Of a stretch of 43,448 nucleotides of DNA, positions 35,558 through 43,448 are shown piece after piece (within the stretch, counting starts at the first letter, position 1; each line of letters starts with the position of its first letter). Under the pieces are notes generated by a model. That model saw nothing but the letters and a program-made list of their open reading frames with translations, was not told where the DNA came from and did not search any database. Source of the stretch: Methylococcaceae bacterium (GTDB lineage Bacteria > Pseudomonadota > Gammaproteobacteria > Methylococcales > Methylococcaceae); NCBI GenBank assembly GCA_028711365.1, contig JAQTSI010000002.1, positions 1 through 43,448 on the forward strand. Direction: 5' to 3'. The translations under genes were made by a program, and so were the position numbers.

Positions 35558-36628
35558 GTGACGGCTTTATTATTGATCGCAGGCATGGCTGTGTTGGTGG
35601 CGGGGGCGGAGTTTCTGGTGCGCGGGGCATCCAGACTGGCCGTGTCGGTGGGCGTTTCACCGCTGGTCGTGGGCTTGACGGTCGTCGCTTTTGGCACCAG
35701 TTCGCCGGAACTGGCAGTCAGTACTCACGCCGCATTCACCGGTGAGGCCGATATTGCCGTGGGCAACGTGGTCGGCAGCAATATATTCAACATCCTGTTC
35801 ATTCTCGGCCTATCCGCCATGACGGCTCCCCTCATGGTGGCTCAACAACTCATCCGGCTGGATGTGCCGATCATGATCGGAATCTCCATCCTGCTGCTCA
35901 TCCTCGGCCTGGACGGCAGGATCGGCCATTTCGATGGGCTGCTGCTGTTCTCGCTGATCATGGTTTACACGGTTTTCCTGATCCGTCAGAGTCGCCAGGA
36001 AAGTCGGGCCGTGCGGGAAGAATATCAGCGCGAATATGGGATGGATTCGAAGGAAAGGAGCACCGGGAAGATCGACTTCGCTTATATCATCGGCGGGGCG
36101 GTCATGCTGGTGCTGGGTTCTCGCTGGTTGGTGAATGGGGCGGTTCGGATGGCCGAATATTTCGGCGTCAGCGAGTTGATGATCGGCCTGACCATCATCG
36201 CCGCCGGCACTTCTCTGCCGGAATTGGCGACCTCGGTGGTGGCCAGTCTACGCGGCGAGCGCGACATCGCCGTCGGTAACGTGGTAGGCAGCAACATCTT
36301 CAACATCCTCGCCGTGCTGGGTCTGACCGGCTTGGTCTCACCCCAGGGCGTTCCGGTTTCTCTCGACGCTTTACGCTTCGATATCCCCATCATGATCATG
36401 GTGGCCTTGGCCTGCATCCCGGTATTTTTCAACGGCGCGATCATCCAGCGCTGGGAAGGATTCGTGTTCCTGGTCTATTATCTGGCCTATCTCTCCCATC
36501 TGCTACTCGCCGCGACGGGGCATCCGGCTCTACCCAACCTGGACGCGGTGGTGCTCTCCCTGCTGCTGCCCGCCACCGCCCTGGCCGTGCTGGTGTTGCG
36601 CAAACCAAGGAAAGCCGAACTTGTTTGA
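35558..36628 (+). CDS. Calcium/sodium antiporter (CaCA family, YrbG-like)
   Basis: There are two alpha-repeats, GTSSPELAVS and GTSLPELATS, each followed by GNVVGSNIFNIL. Confidence 0.85.
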   Translation: MTALLLIAGMAVLVAGAEFLVRGASRLAVSVGVSPLVVGLTVVAFGTSSPELAVSTHAAFTGEADIAVGNVVGSNIFNILFILGLSAMTAPLMVAQQLIRLDVPIMIGISILLLILGLDGRIGHFDGLLLFSLIMVYTVFLIRQSRQESRAVREEYQREYGMDSKERSTGKIDFAYIIGGAVMLVLGSRWLVNGAVRMAEYFGVSELMIGLTIIAAGTSLPELATSVVASLRGERDIAVGNVVGSNIFNILAVLGLTGLVSPQGVPVSLDALRFDIPIMIMVALACIPVFFNGAIIQRWEGFVFLVYYLAYLSHLLLAATGHPALPNLDAVVLSLLLPATALAVLVLRKPRKAELV

Positions 36629-36643
36629 AGAGGGGAGGGATCC

Positions 36644-39493
36644 TTAGGCGGTTAACAATATCCGCACCGCATCCAGCCGCAGACGCGAGGACTGGATGTG
36701 GCCATGCAACTCCAGGGTATTCTCTTTGATATGGTCCAATTCCTGCTGGCGCACATAAGGATTCACTTTTCTAAGGGCGCTTAGGCGCTTCAGTTCCGCC
36801 GTGGCATAGTCCAGCATCTGTTTGGTTCCGGCGGCGATGATGCCGGGCAGTTGCTTTTGCGCGGTTTGTTCTGACTGCTTGAGCATCCTTTCGATGAGCT
36901 TACGTTGTCCGCGCAGCCAGCCTGAAACCTCTTCGCGATCCATCGGCCTGAAAATGTTCACCAGGCTATCAAAATCCAGATTGCTGTTGTCATTGCCATA
37001 CGCGTCCACCAGAATGCGGATCACGGTTTGGGGCATGTAACGCCCCGCGGCCAGATGTTTTGGCGCGGGGCATTCGACCAGATAGACCGTTTCCAGCAAC
37101 AACTGGCCGGAGTCCAGATCATCATGGCGAACCAGGCCGAAAGCGGCATTGCCGTAGGCATTGTTCAATATCAGATCCATGGCGCCCCATACCATGGGAT
37201 GTTCCCAACTCAAAAAGAGCATGTCTTCCCGCGCCAAGGCGATGTCGCGCTTCAAGGTAACAGTCACCCCATCCTCGGGCAGTTCGGGGAAGTTGGGAAC
37301 CCGCATATGGTCCCCGGGGATGAGAATGTGGCAATACTGCGAATGTTCTTCCACATTGACGCCATAACACTCGAACACCTCATCCAGATAAGGCCATAAG
37401 TCGTCCCTGTGTTCCGATTCCCGGATTTGTTCCACCAAAGTTTCCGCCTCCTGCCTGCGGCAGGAGTTCAATTCCAGAAGCCGGTCGCGGCCTAGATGCA
37501 ATTCCTGCAGGACTTCCTCATTGAGTTTTCGGCTGCGGGCGATGAGCTCTGTTTGCCGGGTATCGTCCGGTTGTCGCAATAACGACTCCAACTCCTCCCT
37601 GAGCTTGGCGAACACCGTCGAACCCGCAGGGCATTGGGTGTTGAAGGCATCCAATCCTTGGTGATACCACGCGAACAACAGGGCTTGCGCGCTATTTTCG
37701 AGCCAAGGTACATGTATTTGAATGGTTTCGCGCTGGCCGATGCGATCCAGGCGCCCGATGCGCTGTTCCAACTGATCCGGATTTAGCGGCAGGTCGAACA
37801 ACACCAGATGATGGGCAAATTGGAAATTGCGGCCTTCGCTGCCGATTTCCGAGCAGACCAACACTTGAGCGCCTTCTTCCTCGTCGGCGAACCAGGCCGC
37901 CGCACGGTCGCGGGCGACGATGCTCAAACCCTGGTGGAACACCGCCGCGCCTATGCCGCCAAGAACGCGCAGGGCTTCTTCCAGATCGATGGCGGTCTGT
38001 AATCGAGCGCAGATGACCAACGCCTTGGCGGGTTTGAGGCGGCTGAGGATATCCACCAACCAACGCACGCGGGGGTCAACCCGCCACCAGGGCATATTTT
38101 CCCCGCACTGGCGATAGCGGCTTTCCGGGAACAGCAAATCATCCAGGTCGATGGTTTGCCCATCCACCGGATCATATTGCTTGGGCCAGGGCAGGGGGGT
38201 TGGGTGAAGCTTACGCTCAGGAAACCCCTTGACTGTGGCCCGGGTGTTGCGGAACAGGATGCGACCGGTGCCATGCCGGTCGAGGATCAAGCGGATCAGA
38301 TCTTGCCGGGCCGGCTGCGAATTTTCAGGATCGTCCAATCGGCTCAGCAATTCCTCGGCTCGGTCATTGACCACCAAGGCCTTGAGCTGACCCAAACTGT
38401 CGGTATCCAGTTTTTTCTCCCCGGTCAGGCATTCGATCAGCTTGGCCAGGGGTTCGTATTGTTTTTCCTCGGCCAGAAATTCCTCGAAAAGATAGAAGCG
38501 GTCCGGGTCGAGCAGACGCAAACGGGCGAAATGGCTTCGCTTGCCCAATTGTTCCGGTGTCGCGGTGAGCAACAACAGGCCGGGAATGGTCTCGGCCAGT
38601 TTCTCCACGAATTGGTAATCCTCGCTGGGTTTCTCTTCTGACCACTCCAAATGATGGGCTTCGTCCACCACGCACAAATCCCAGCCCCCATCCAGCGCAT
38701 CCCGACATCGTTTGGGTTCATCGCGAAAGAAAGCCAACCCACATAGCACCAGTTGTTCGCTCAGGAAAGGATTTCCGGATTCGTGCTGGTCATAGCGTTC
38801 GTCGTCGAACAAGCTGAAACGTAAATTGAAGCGCCGCCGCATTTCCACCAGCCATTGATGCAGCAGCGGTTCCGGCACCAGCACGAGGATACGCGAAGCC
38901 CGCCCGGTGAGCACTTGATGGTGCATGATCAATCCGGCCTCGATGGTCTTGCCCAGTCCTACTTCATCCGCCAGCAGGACGCGCGGGGCATGGCGACCGG
39001 CCACTTCGTGGGCGATATAGAGTTGATGGGGAATCAGGCTGGTGCGCGCTCCACATAAACCGCGAACGGTGCTCTGTTCCAGTTCTCCCATCTTCAACAA
39101 GGTGCGATAGCGTAGCTTGAACAACTCGGTAGGATCGATCTGTCCGATGAACAGACGGTCCTGCGGCTTGTTGAACTGCAAGTAGTGGTTCAGTTCCACT
39201 TCTTCAAGAACCACCGTTTCGTCATCCTCGTTGATGCCGTGATAGCTCAGGATGCCATCTTTTTCCTCGATTTTGTCCACTTTCATTGCCCAGCCTTCCA
39301 CGCTTTCCGCCCGTTCGCCTTGGTCGAAACGGACTCGGGCGAGCGGGGCATTATCGGCGGCATAGGTGCGTCGTTCGCCGCAGGCGATGAACAACACGGT
39401 GACGCGGTTATATTCGAAGGAAATGATGGTGCCCAGGCCCAGTTCAGGCTCCGTTTCGCTGATCCAACGTTGTCCCGGAACGAAATTTGCCAA
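36644..39493 (-). CDS. rapA: RNA polymerase-associated SWI2/SNF2 ATPase RapA (HepA)
   Basis: FVPGQRWISETEPELGLGTI is the RapA N-terminus. LADEVGLGKTIEAG, DEAHHL and the helicase C motifs are present. Length is 949 aa. Confidence 0.92.
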   Translation of the reverse strand: MANFVPGQRWISETEPELGLGTIISFEYNRVTVLFIACGERRTYAADNAPLARVRFDQGERAESVEGWAMKVDKIEEKDGILSYHGINEDDETVVLEEVELNHYLQFNKPQDRLFIGQIDPTELFKLRYRTLLKMGELEQSTVRGLCGARTSLIPHQLYIAHEVAGRHAPRVLLADEVGLGKTIEAGLIMHHQVLTGRASRILVLVPEPLLHQWLVEMRRRFNLRFSLFDDERYDQHESGNPFLSEQLVLCGLAFFRDEPKRCRDALDGGWDLCVVDEAHHLEWSEEKPSEDYQFVEKLAETIPGLLLLTATPEQLGKRSHFARLRLLDPDRFYLFEEFLAEEKQYEPLAKLIECLTGEKKLDTDSLGQLKALVVNDRAEELLSRLDDPENSQPARQDLIRLILDRHGTGRILFRNTRATVKGFPERKLHPTPLPWPKQYDPVDGQTIDLDDLLFPESRYRQCGENMPWWRVDPRVRWLVDILSRLKPAKALVICARLQTAIDLEEALRVLGGIGAAVFHQGLSIVARDRAAAWFADEEEGAQVLVCSEIGSEGRNFQFAHHLVLFDLPLNPDQLEQRIGRLDRIGQRETIQIHVPWLENSAQALLFAWYHQGLDAFNTQCPAGSTVFAKLREELESLLRQPDDTRQTELIARSRKLNEEVLQELHLGRDRLLELNSCRRQEAETLVEQIRESEHRDDLWPYLDEVFECYGVNVEEHSQYCHILIPGDHMRVPNFPELPEDGVTVTLKRDIALAREDMLFLSWEHPMVWGAMDLILNNAYGNAAFGLVRHDDLDSGQLLLETVYLVECPAPKHLAAGRYMPQTVIRILVDAYGNDNSNLDFDSLVNIFRPMDREEVSGWLRGQRKLIERMLKQSEQTAQKQLPGIIAAGTKQMLDYATAELKRLSALRKVNPYVRQQELDHIKENTLELHGHIQSSRLRLDAVRILLTA

Positions 39494-39613
39494 GTTGAGT
39501 TATCTCCATAAATTTAAAGTAATTAACTGTCGCTTATTTTACCAGACGATGAAAGATGCGTGTTGCCAAGCCGCCGAGGTCAGTGCGGCTGCCACCTCCT
39601 ACATTGCATTTAA

Positions 39614-39629
39614 CATAATGTGCATTATG
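39614..39629. promoter_or_regulatory. Perfect inverted repeat CATAATG-TG-CATTATG upstream of the DUF3653-like gene; candidate operator
   Basis: Read directly from the sequence, 74 nt upstream of the ATG at 39703. Confidence 0.25.
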
Positions 39630-39702
39630 CGCAATTGGGTAGCACTAGTGAAACACTGGCGGAACCGGATAAAATCCTGGACTCAAACGACAAGGATGCA
39701 CC

Positions 39703-40152
39703 ATGAAAAAAAGCAAGAAAATCCCCCGTTCAGACTTCTACCGACTGCGGCTTAAGACCGGGCTCGGCAACCTCGACAAGGCCGCCGAGCTCTGCGGCGT
39801 CACAACACGCACCATTCAAAATTGGGACAAAAAAGGCGCACCAGCGACGGCTATGCGCCTTTTGCAGTTATACGACCGTAAGTACTGTTCCGGCATCGGC
39901 CCGCAATGGGAAGGCTTTTGCTTTTCCCGAGGCGTCCTGATTCACGCCAGGCTCAAGCTTCGCTTTACCCCCGAAGGCCTGAAGAGGTGGCCACAGATCA
40001 TCAGCGATTTGAAAAAATTGGAACAGCAAGCCAACAACCGCCCAAACTGTCCGATGACTCCCTTAATCAATTGGCTCAACGCGACCGGCTGGGGCCGGCC
40101 ATTGATCGAAAACCTGACTCACCGCAAAAAACTTTCTTCGCCGATCCGGTAA
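39703..40152 (+). CDS. DUF3653-like phage-related HTH protein
   Basis: The pattern AAELCGVTTRTIQNWDKKGAPATAMRLLQL....WEGFCFSRGVLIHA...FTPEGL resembles DUF3653 (HTH followed by W-x-G-W/F...G-x-L). Confidence 0.5.
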   Translation: MKKSKKIPRSDFYRLRLKTGLGNLDKAAELCGVTTRTIQNWDKKGAPATAMRLLQLYDRKYCSGIGPQWEGFCFSRGVLIHARLKLRFTPEGLKRWPQIISDLKKLEQQANNRPNCPMTPLINWLNATGWGRPLIENLTHRKKLSSPIR

Positions 40153-40161
40153 AGCGGTCTT

Positions 40162-40219
40162 TGGGGCGCGTAGGGAGGCATTCGAACCCCCAGACGGCCG
40201 GGCTCGCGAGCAGCGCCCC
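40162..40219 (-). other. tRNA-like 3' fragment (degenerate T-arm, acceptor and CCA), not an intact tRNA
   Basis: The minus strand reads GGGGCGC TG CTCGCGAG CCCGGCCGTCT GGGGG TTCGAATGC CTCCC TACGCGC C CCA. It has a T-loop-like GGTTCGAAT with a 2-nt insertion. There is no D-arm or anticodon arm. Confidence 0.3.
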
Positions 40220-40411
40220 AGGTAAAACGTGGCGCCATCGTTCAGAGCGTTCCGCGGTTCGCCAGATCGTCACGCTCCACGATAGCGCGTTGATGCCAGT
40301 CCACACCGATCCGCCTGGCCCGCATCCACACCGCTCTGTCCCTAGCGGGACACATCACTGAACCCCCGGGAAAGTCGTCCTGACACGAAAAAGCCCACCC
40401 CAGCAAAACCG

Positions 40412-40708
40412 TTACAAATGACTAGCAATGTCCATGCGGTCATGAAGAACGCGGACAATTTCAACTTGTCCGCTGGACGCAAAATGGTAAAAAACGAGAT
40501 GCCTACCGACCCGGCGTTTGCGGTAACCCTCCCGAATCTCGCTGCAATCGAGACCTTGAGCGGGATCATCAGCGATCTGGTAGAAGGCTTGGTCCAGCAG
40601 AGCAAGATACCGATTCCGCTGATCCCGTCCCCATTAGTCTTGAGTGTAGCGGGCAATAGACTTGAGATCATCCAGGGCTTTCCGCGTCAGGATGAACCCA
40701 ACCCTCAT
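40412..40708 (-). pseudogene. parE: ParE/RelE-family toxin gene interrupted by an in-frame TAA at codon 25
   Basis: The ATG at 40708 overlaps the parD stop (ATGA). Translation gives [97 protein letters not shown]. The stop is at 40636-40634. The rest is a colinear ParE. Confidence 0.8.
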
Positions 40709-40947
40709 ACGGCCCCTTCGTGATCCATTTCTTGGATAAGACCGCCAAGCGTGTAGGTTACCAGGCCGCTTTCCTCGCCTTCCTTGAGCGCGGCCCGCAA
40801 CACCTCGCGGCGGGTTTCAAGATCCTCAAGGGCGCGAAGACCCGCGCGGATGACCTCGCTGGCAGAGCCAAAACGCCCCTGCTGGATTTGGCGAGCAATG
40901 AACCGCTCAAAATGAGGCCCAAGGGTAACACTGGTGTTTTTCTGCAT
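40705..40947 (-). CDS. parD: ParD-family (CopG/RHH) antitoxin
   Basis: [44 protein letters not shown] is the ParD signature. Start taken at 40947. Confidence 0.85.
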   Translation of the reverse strand: MQKNTSVTLGPHFERFIARQIQQGRFGSASEVIRAGLRALEDLETRREVLRAALKEGEESGLVTYTLGGLIQEMDHEGAV

Positions 40948-40970
40948 GGGGTTGACCCTGTTGTTAGCTG

Positions 40971-40995
40971 TACCAATGAATAGCATATATTGGTA
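40971..40995. promoter_or_regulatory. Inverted repeat TACCAAT-N11-ATTGGTA upstream of parD; candidate autoregulatory operator
   Basis: Read directly from the sequence, 24-48 nt upstream of the parD start on the minus strand. Confidence 0.3.
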
Positions 40996-41181
40996 ACAGT
41001 CAGATTTCCATGCCAGACGCAGCGCCAGAAACCTATGATAACTTTACACGACTGAGCCTTGTCGATCGGCGCCGGGTGACGACTCGGCATCAAGAAGCGC
41101 CGCCAAAAACGAGAAAAAAACAAATGGACTCAGGAAACCATCAGACGACTGGAAAACGAAGCCATCGTGGGAGGTAATCAG

Positions 41182-41454
41182 ATGAAGGATCAAGCCGCCA
41201 TAGCGGATAAAGAGCATGAACGGGCGGAATCCGCCATCAAAGACAGAGAAAACGCGCGCGTCGCCGAACAAGCCGTGCAAGCCCGACTGGAAAGCGCAGC
41301 CCGGGAACTGGAAGCCCTGAAAGAGACCGCCAGCGAAGCGAGACAAGCCGAAAAGAAAGCCCTGGAAGAAGCCGCCCTGTTACGTGGTAAGCTGGAAGCA
41401 CTCACAAAGCCCGAACCCAAAACCACCCACAAAGCCAAAAAGGTAACGACATGA
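41182..41454 (+). CDS. Hypothetical coiled-coil protein (90 aa, E/A/K-rich)
   Basis: GGAGG lies 8 nt upstream of the ATG at 41182. The stop overlaps the next start (ATGA). Confidence 0.5.
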   Translation: MKDQAAIADKEHERAESAIKDRENARVAEQAVQARLESAARELEALKETASEARQAEKKALEEAALLRGKLEALTKPEPKTTHKAKKVTT

Positions 41455-41696
41455 CCGAAAACGTTGAAAACCTAATCCTCGAACACCTCAGACACATCCG
41501 GCGCCGCGTGGATGAAATCGCAGAAGACATGAAAGACGTAAAGCAACGATTACACATCTTAGAAGACGGCCAAACCATCACACGACGTGAGGTATTGCTA
41601 AACGAAGAGACCAGTTCAAGACAGCAAATAAGCATCGATAGAATCCTCAACCGCCTAGAACGCGTTGAAAGACGACTAGACATCATCAACGAATAA
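41451..41696 (+). CDS. Hypothetical coiled-coil protein (81 aa)
   Basis: It is translationally coupled to the previous ORF and followed by a strong terminator. Confidence 0.5.
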   Translation: MTENVENLILEHLRHIRRRVDEIAEDMKDVKQRLHILEDGQTITRREVLLNEETSSRQQISIDRILNRLERVERRLDIINE

Positions 41697-41725
41697 AAAA
41701 AGCCGGGGCAACCCGGCTTTTTATT
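41694..41725. terminator. Bidirectional intrinsic terminator
   Basis: AAAAAAA-AGCCGGG-GCAA-CCCGGCT-TTTTATT, between convergent ORFs. Confidence 0.8.
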
Positions 41726-41743
41726 ATCGAAGGAAAACCCAAG

Positions 41744-42137
41744 TCACTTACCCAAAGGACTCAGATCAGCCAATGTACGAAGCTGAGGATTGCGCTTGGG
41801 TCCGGAATACGCGGTGACCCGTTTTCCATCAACTGTGCACTCTAAATCATAACCCCAGCCAGTACACCTTGCAGGATCAATACGACGACGCCAACCGGTT
41901 GATGATTCAGCAACAATAAAACGAACACGATCGATCTCGCCCTGTCCTGATATACGCCAATCATCCGAATAAGGCAGGGATTGCGGAGGAGAAGGTACAG
42001 ACGGAACTGAAGGAATTGAAGCGGGAGGGGAATCAGGAACAGCGACAGGAGCAGGAACAGGCTCGGAAACCGATGCGTTAACAGCAGGGGAAGACGGCTT
42101 GTTATTATGACGCGTGAAAAAACCGACGACGCTCCAT
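41744..42137 (-). pseudogene. 3' part of an unknown gene (Pro/Ser-rich linker plus ~80-aa C-terminal domain), now fused in frame to the truncated IS1595 transposase
   Basis: Within ORF 41744..42895 the transposase homology ends at ..ARDDDGDGI (about nt 42137) and composition drops from GC-rich to AT-richer. The remainder has no start codon of its own. Confidence 0.5.
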
Positions 42138-42974
42138 AGAAACAGGATACCGTCGCCGTCGTCGTCCCTGGCGTACTCGCCCGCCGAGTGGCACACCGTC
42201 CGGTGGCCGCGCCCGGTCGCGGCCACCCGGTTGTAGGCGGGCGACTCGTCGGTGTTCAGCGTGGTGGCCTCGTTCGTCTTCGCCTCCACCTCCGGCTGGA
42301 TGGTGTCCTGCGTGGTGTCGTCGCAGACTTCCAGGCGGATCTGGCCGCTCTCCCGCCCGACGACGCCCATCACCGGCGGGCGGTCGTTCGCCATCGTGCC
42401 GCGCCCGCGCCTCTTGTTGGCCCGGCGGCGCGGCGGATCCGCCGGGTCGCGGTGGGGCCTGCCCTTCTCCCCGGCGTTCTGGAACGCCTCGTCGGCCTCG
42501 GTCTCCGCGTCCGCCAGCGGCGTGGCGTCCCGGCGCAGCAGCGCCGCCGCCTGCATCTCGTGCCGGTAGGCCAGCAGCGTGCCGTAGTCGCAGCCCAACT
42601 CGTCGGCCAGTTGCAACGTCGGGACGCCTTGCGCGAAGCCGCGCAGGATCATCACGACCACGGAGCAGGCGTAGTGGGTGCCCGCCCAGACCGTGCCGGT
42701 GAACAGGTTGAACACCGCCCCGCACTCGCGGCAACGGTAGTCCACCACCGGCGCGCGGGCGCGCCCGTGCGGCGCCTGCGCGGCGGGAAGGCGGTGTCCA
42801 CGCGGACAGCAAAGCCCGCCCGGGTGCAGAATGTCCAGCAAATAACCATAGCAGGCCTGCTCGTCAAGCAGCCCGGACAGGGGAAAGCGCATCATGGGAA
42901 CCTCCGCATCATTGTTAGGCCATTTTGCCAGAACGCTGCTCGGACGGCTTCATGGATTTGCCGACATGAGCCAA
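42138..42974 (-). mobile_element. IS1595-family (ISXO2-like) element, 3'-truncated copy: outer end plus transposase codons 1 to about 253, lacking the end of the DDE domain
   Basis: The transposase N-terminus has a zinc ribbon (CPRGH...CRECG) and a DDE part (..TDESPAYNRV...HRTVCHSAGEYARDDDGDG). The end sequence GACATGAGCCAA at 42963-42974 is shared with the copy at 1-338. Confidence 0.75.
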
Positions 42975-43448
42975 TTTCTTTTACGAAGGGGAGCGAATGA
43001 ATACCGATGGTTTTCAAGCCTTCGTCGATTCCTTTGCGAAAAAGTACCCGGCTGATTTTCATGTGCTTCAGGTGGACAATGCTAAGTTCCATTGTGCAGC
43101 CAAATTGGAGCTGCCAGACAATATGATGCTATTGTATCAGCCGCCCTATAGCCCAGAGGTTAACCCAATTGAACAAGTATGGTCATGGGTGAAAGGCAAG
43201 ATCGCCGGAGAAATATTTGAAACGGTTGATCATCTCAAAGAGCGCGTCAATAACATCCTCGCTGGTGCGGGGAATGCCATATTCCAATCCATCGTACATC
43301 GCAAGTTCATATTGGATGCACTATTCCCTTATCACTCCAATTTTGGCCACTTTTTTGCGGGTTTACCGCTCGTGGGTAGATTGCCGATATGGCGCAGGAG
43401 GTTCTGCATTGGCTCGGGGGACAGCGGTGGGCCTTGGGCGAGGCGCTG
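42975..43448 (+). pseudogene. IS630-family transposase, C-terminal DDE fragment; 5' end cut by the IS1595-like element; reading frame open to the window end
   Basis: Translation gives ..NTDGFQAFVDSFAKKYPADFHVLQVDNAKFHCAAKLELPDNMMLLYQPPYSPEVNPIEQVWSWVKGKI. The DNAxxH and PPYSPExNPIE motifs are typical of IS630/Tc1-mariner DDE transposases. The frame is open from the IS junction at 42975. Confidence 0.7.

Noticed and set aside
42105-43000. Long ORFs 42188..43000 (+) and 42105..42812 (-) over the IS1595-like fragment
   Set aside because: They are alternative-frame or antisense shadows of the very GC-rich transposase gene. Only the 42895-start frame shows transposase motifs and matches the paralogue at 1-262.

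Overview
This is a 43.4-kb window from a high-GC proteobacterial chromosome; the backbone looks gammaproteobacterial. All calls were made by eye from the sequence and the ORF track, with no searches run.

(1) 1-9.8 kb is an accessory region at a tRNA-Leu(CAA) gene. It holds the end of an IS1595-like IS and the 37-codon stump of an older P4-type integrase cut by that IS. Next to these sits an apparently intact 9,036-bp integrative element bounded by a perfect 59-bp direct repeat derived from the tRNA 3' half. The element encodes a tyrosine integrase, an AT-rich orphan cargo ORF, an excisionase-type HTH protein, a structured leader, translationally coupled small ORFs and a DUF3987-type replication protein. 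It also carries an iteron/AT-rich ori-like block and one 606-aa ORF that fuses an HK97-type prohead serine protease to an HK97-fold major capsid protein. I see no portal, terminase, tail or lysis genes. This is the main finding: a candidate capsid-only phage satellite or mobile capsid element.

(2) 9.8-39.5 kb is ordinary housekeeping backbone: CDF transporter, lplT, rluB, scpBA, an M50 protease, yciO, HIT, ppiA, lpxH, hemN, nadA, GH57, a haloalkane-dehalogenase operon with a MocR regulator, MFS transporters, hemJ, TauE, a CaCA antiporter and rapA. Three unexplained non-coding structures lie in it: a 6 x 42-bp tandem array at 20.2 kb and structured intergenic regions at 16.2 kb and 28.9 kb.

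(3) 39.5-43.4 kb is a second accessory patch. It contains a DUF3653-like gene, a tRNA-like 3' fragment, parD with a parE toxin gene killed by an in-frame TAA, and a coupled coiled-coil gene pair. It ends with a truncated IS1595-like copy fused in frame to a foreign gene tail, abutting an IS630-family transposase fragment.
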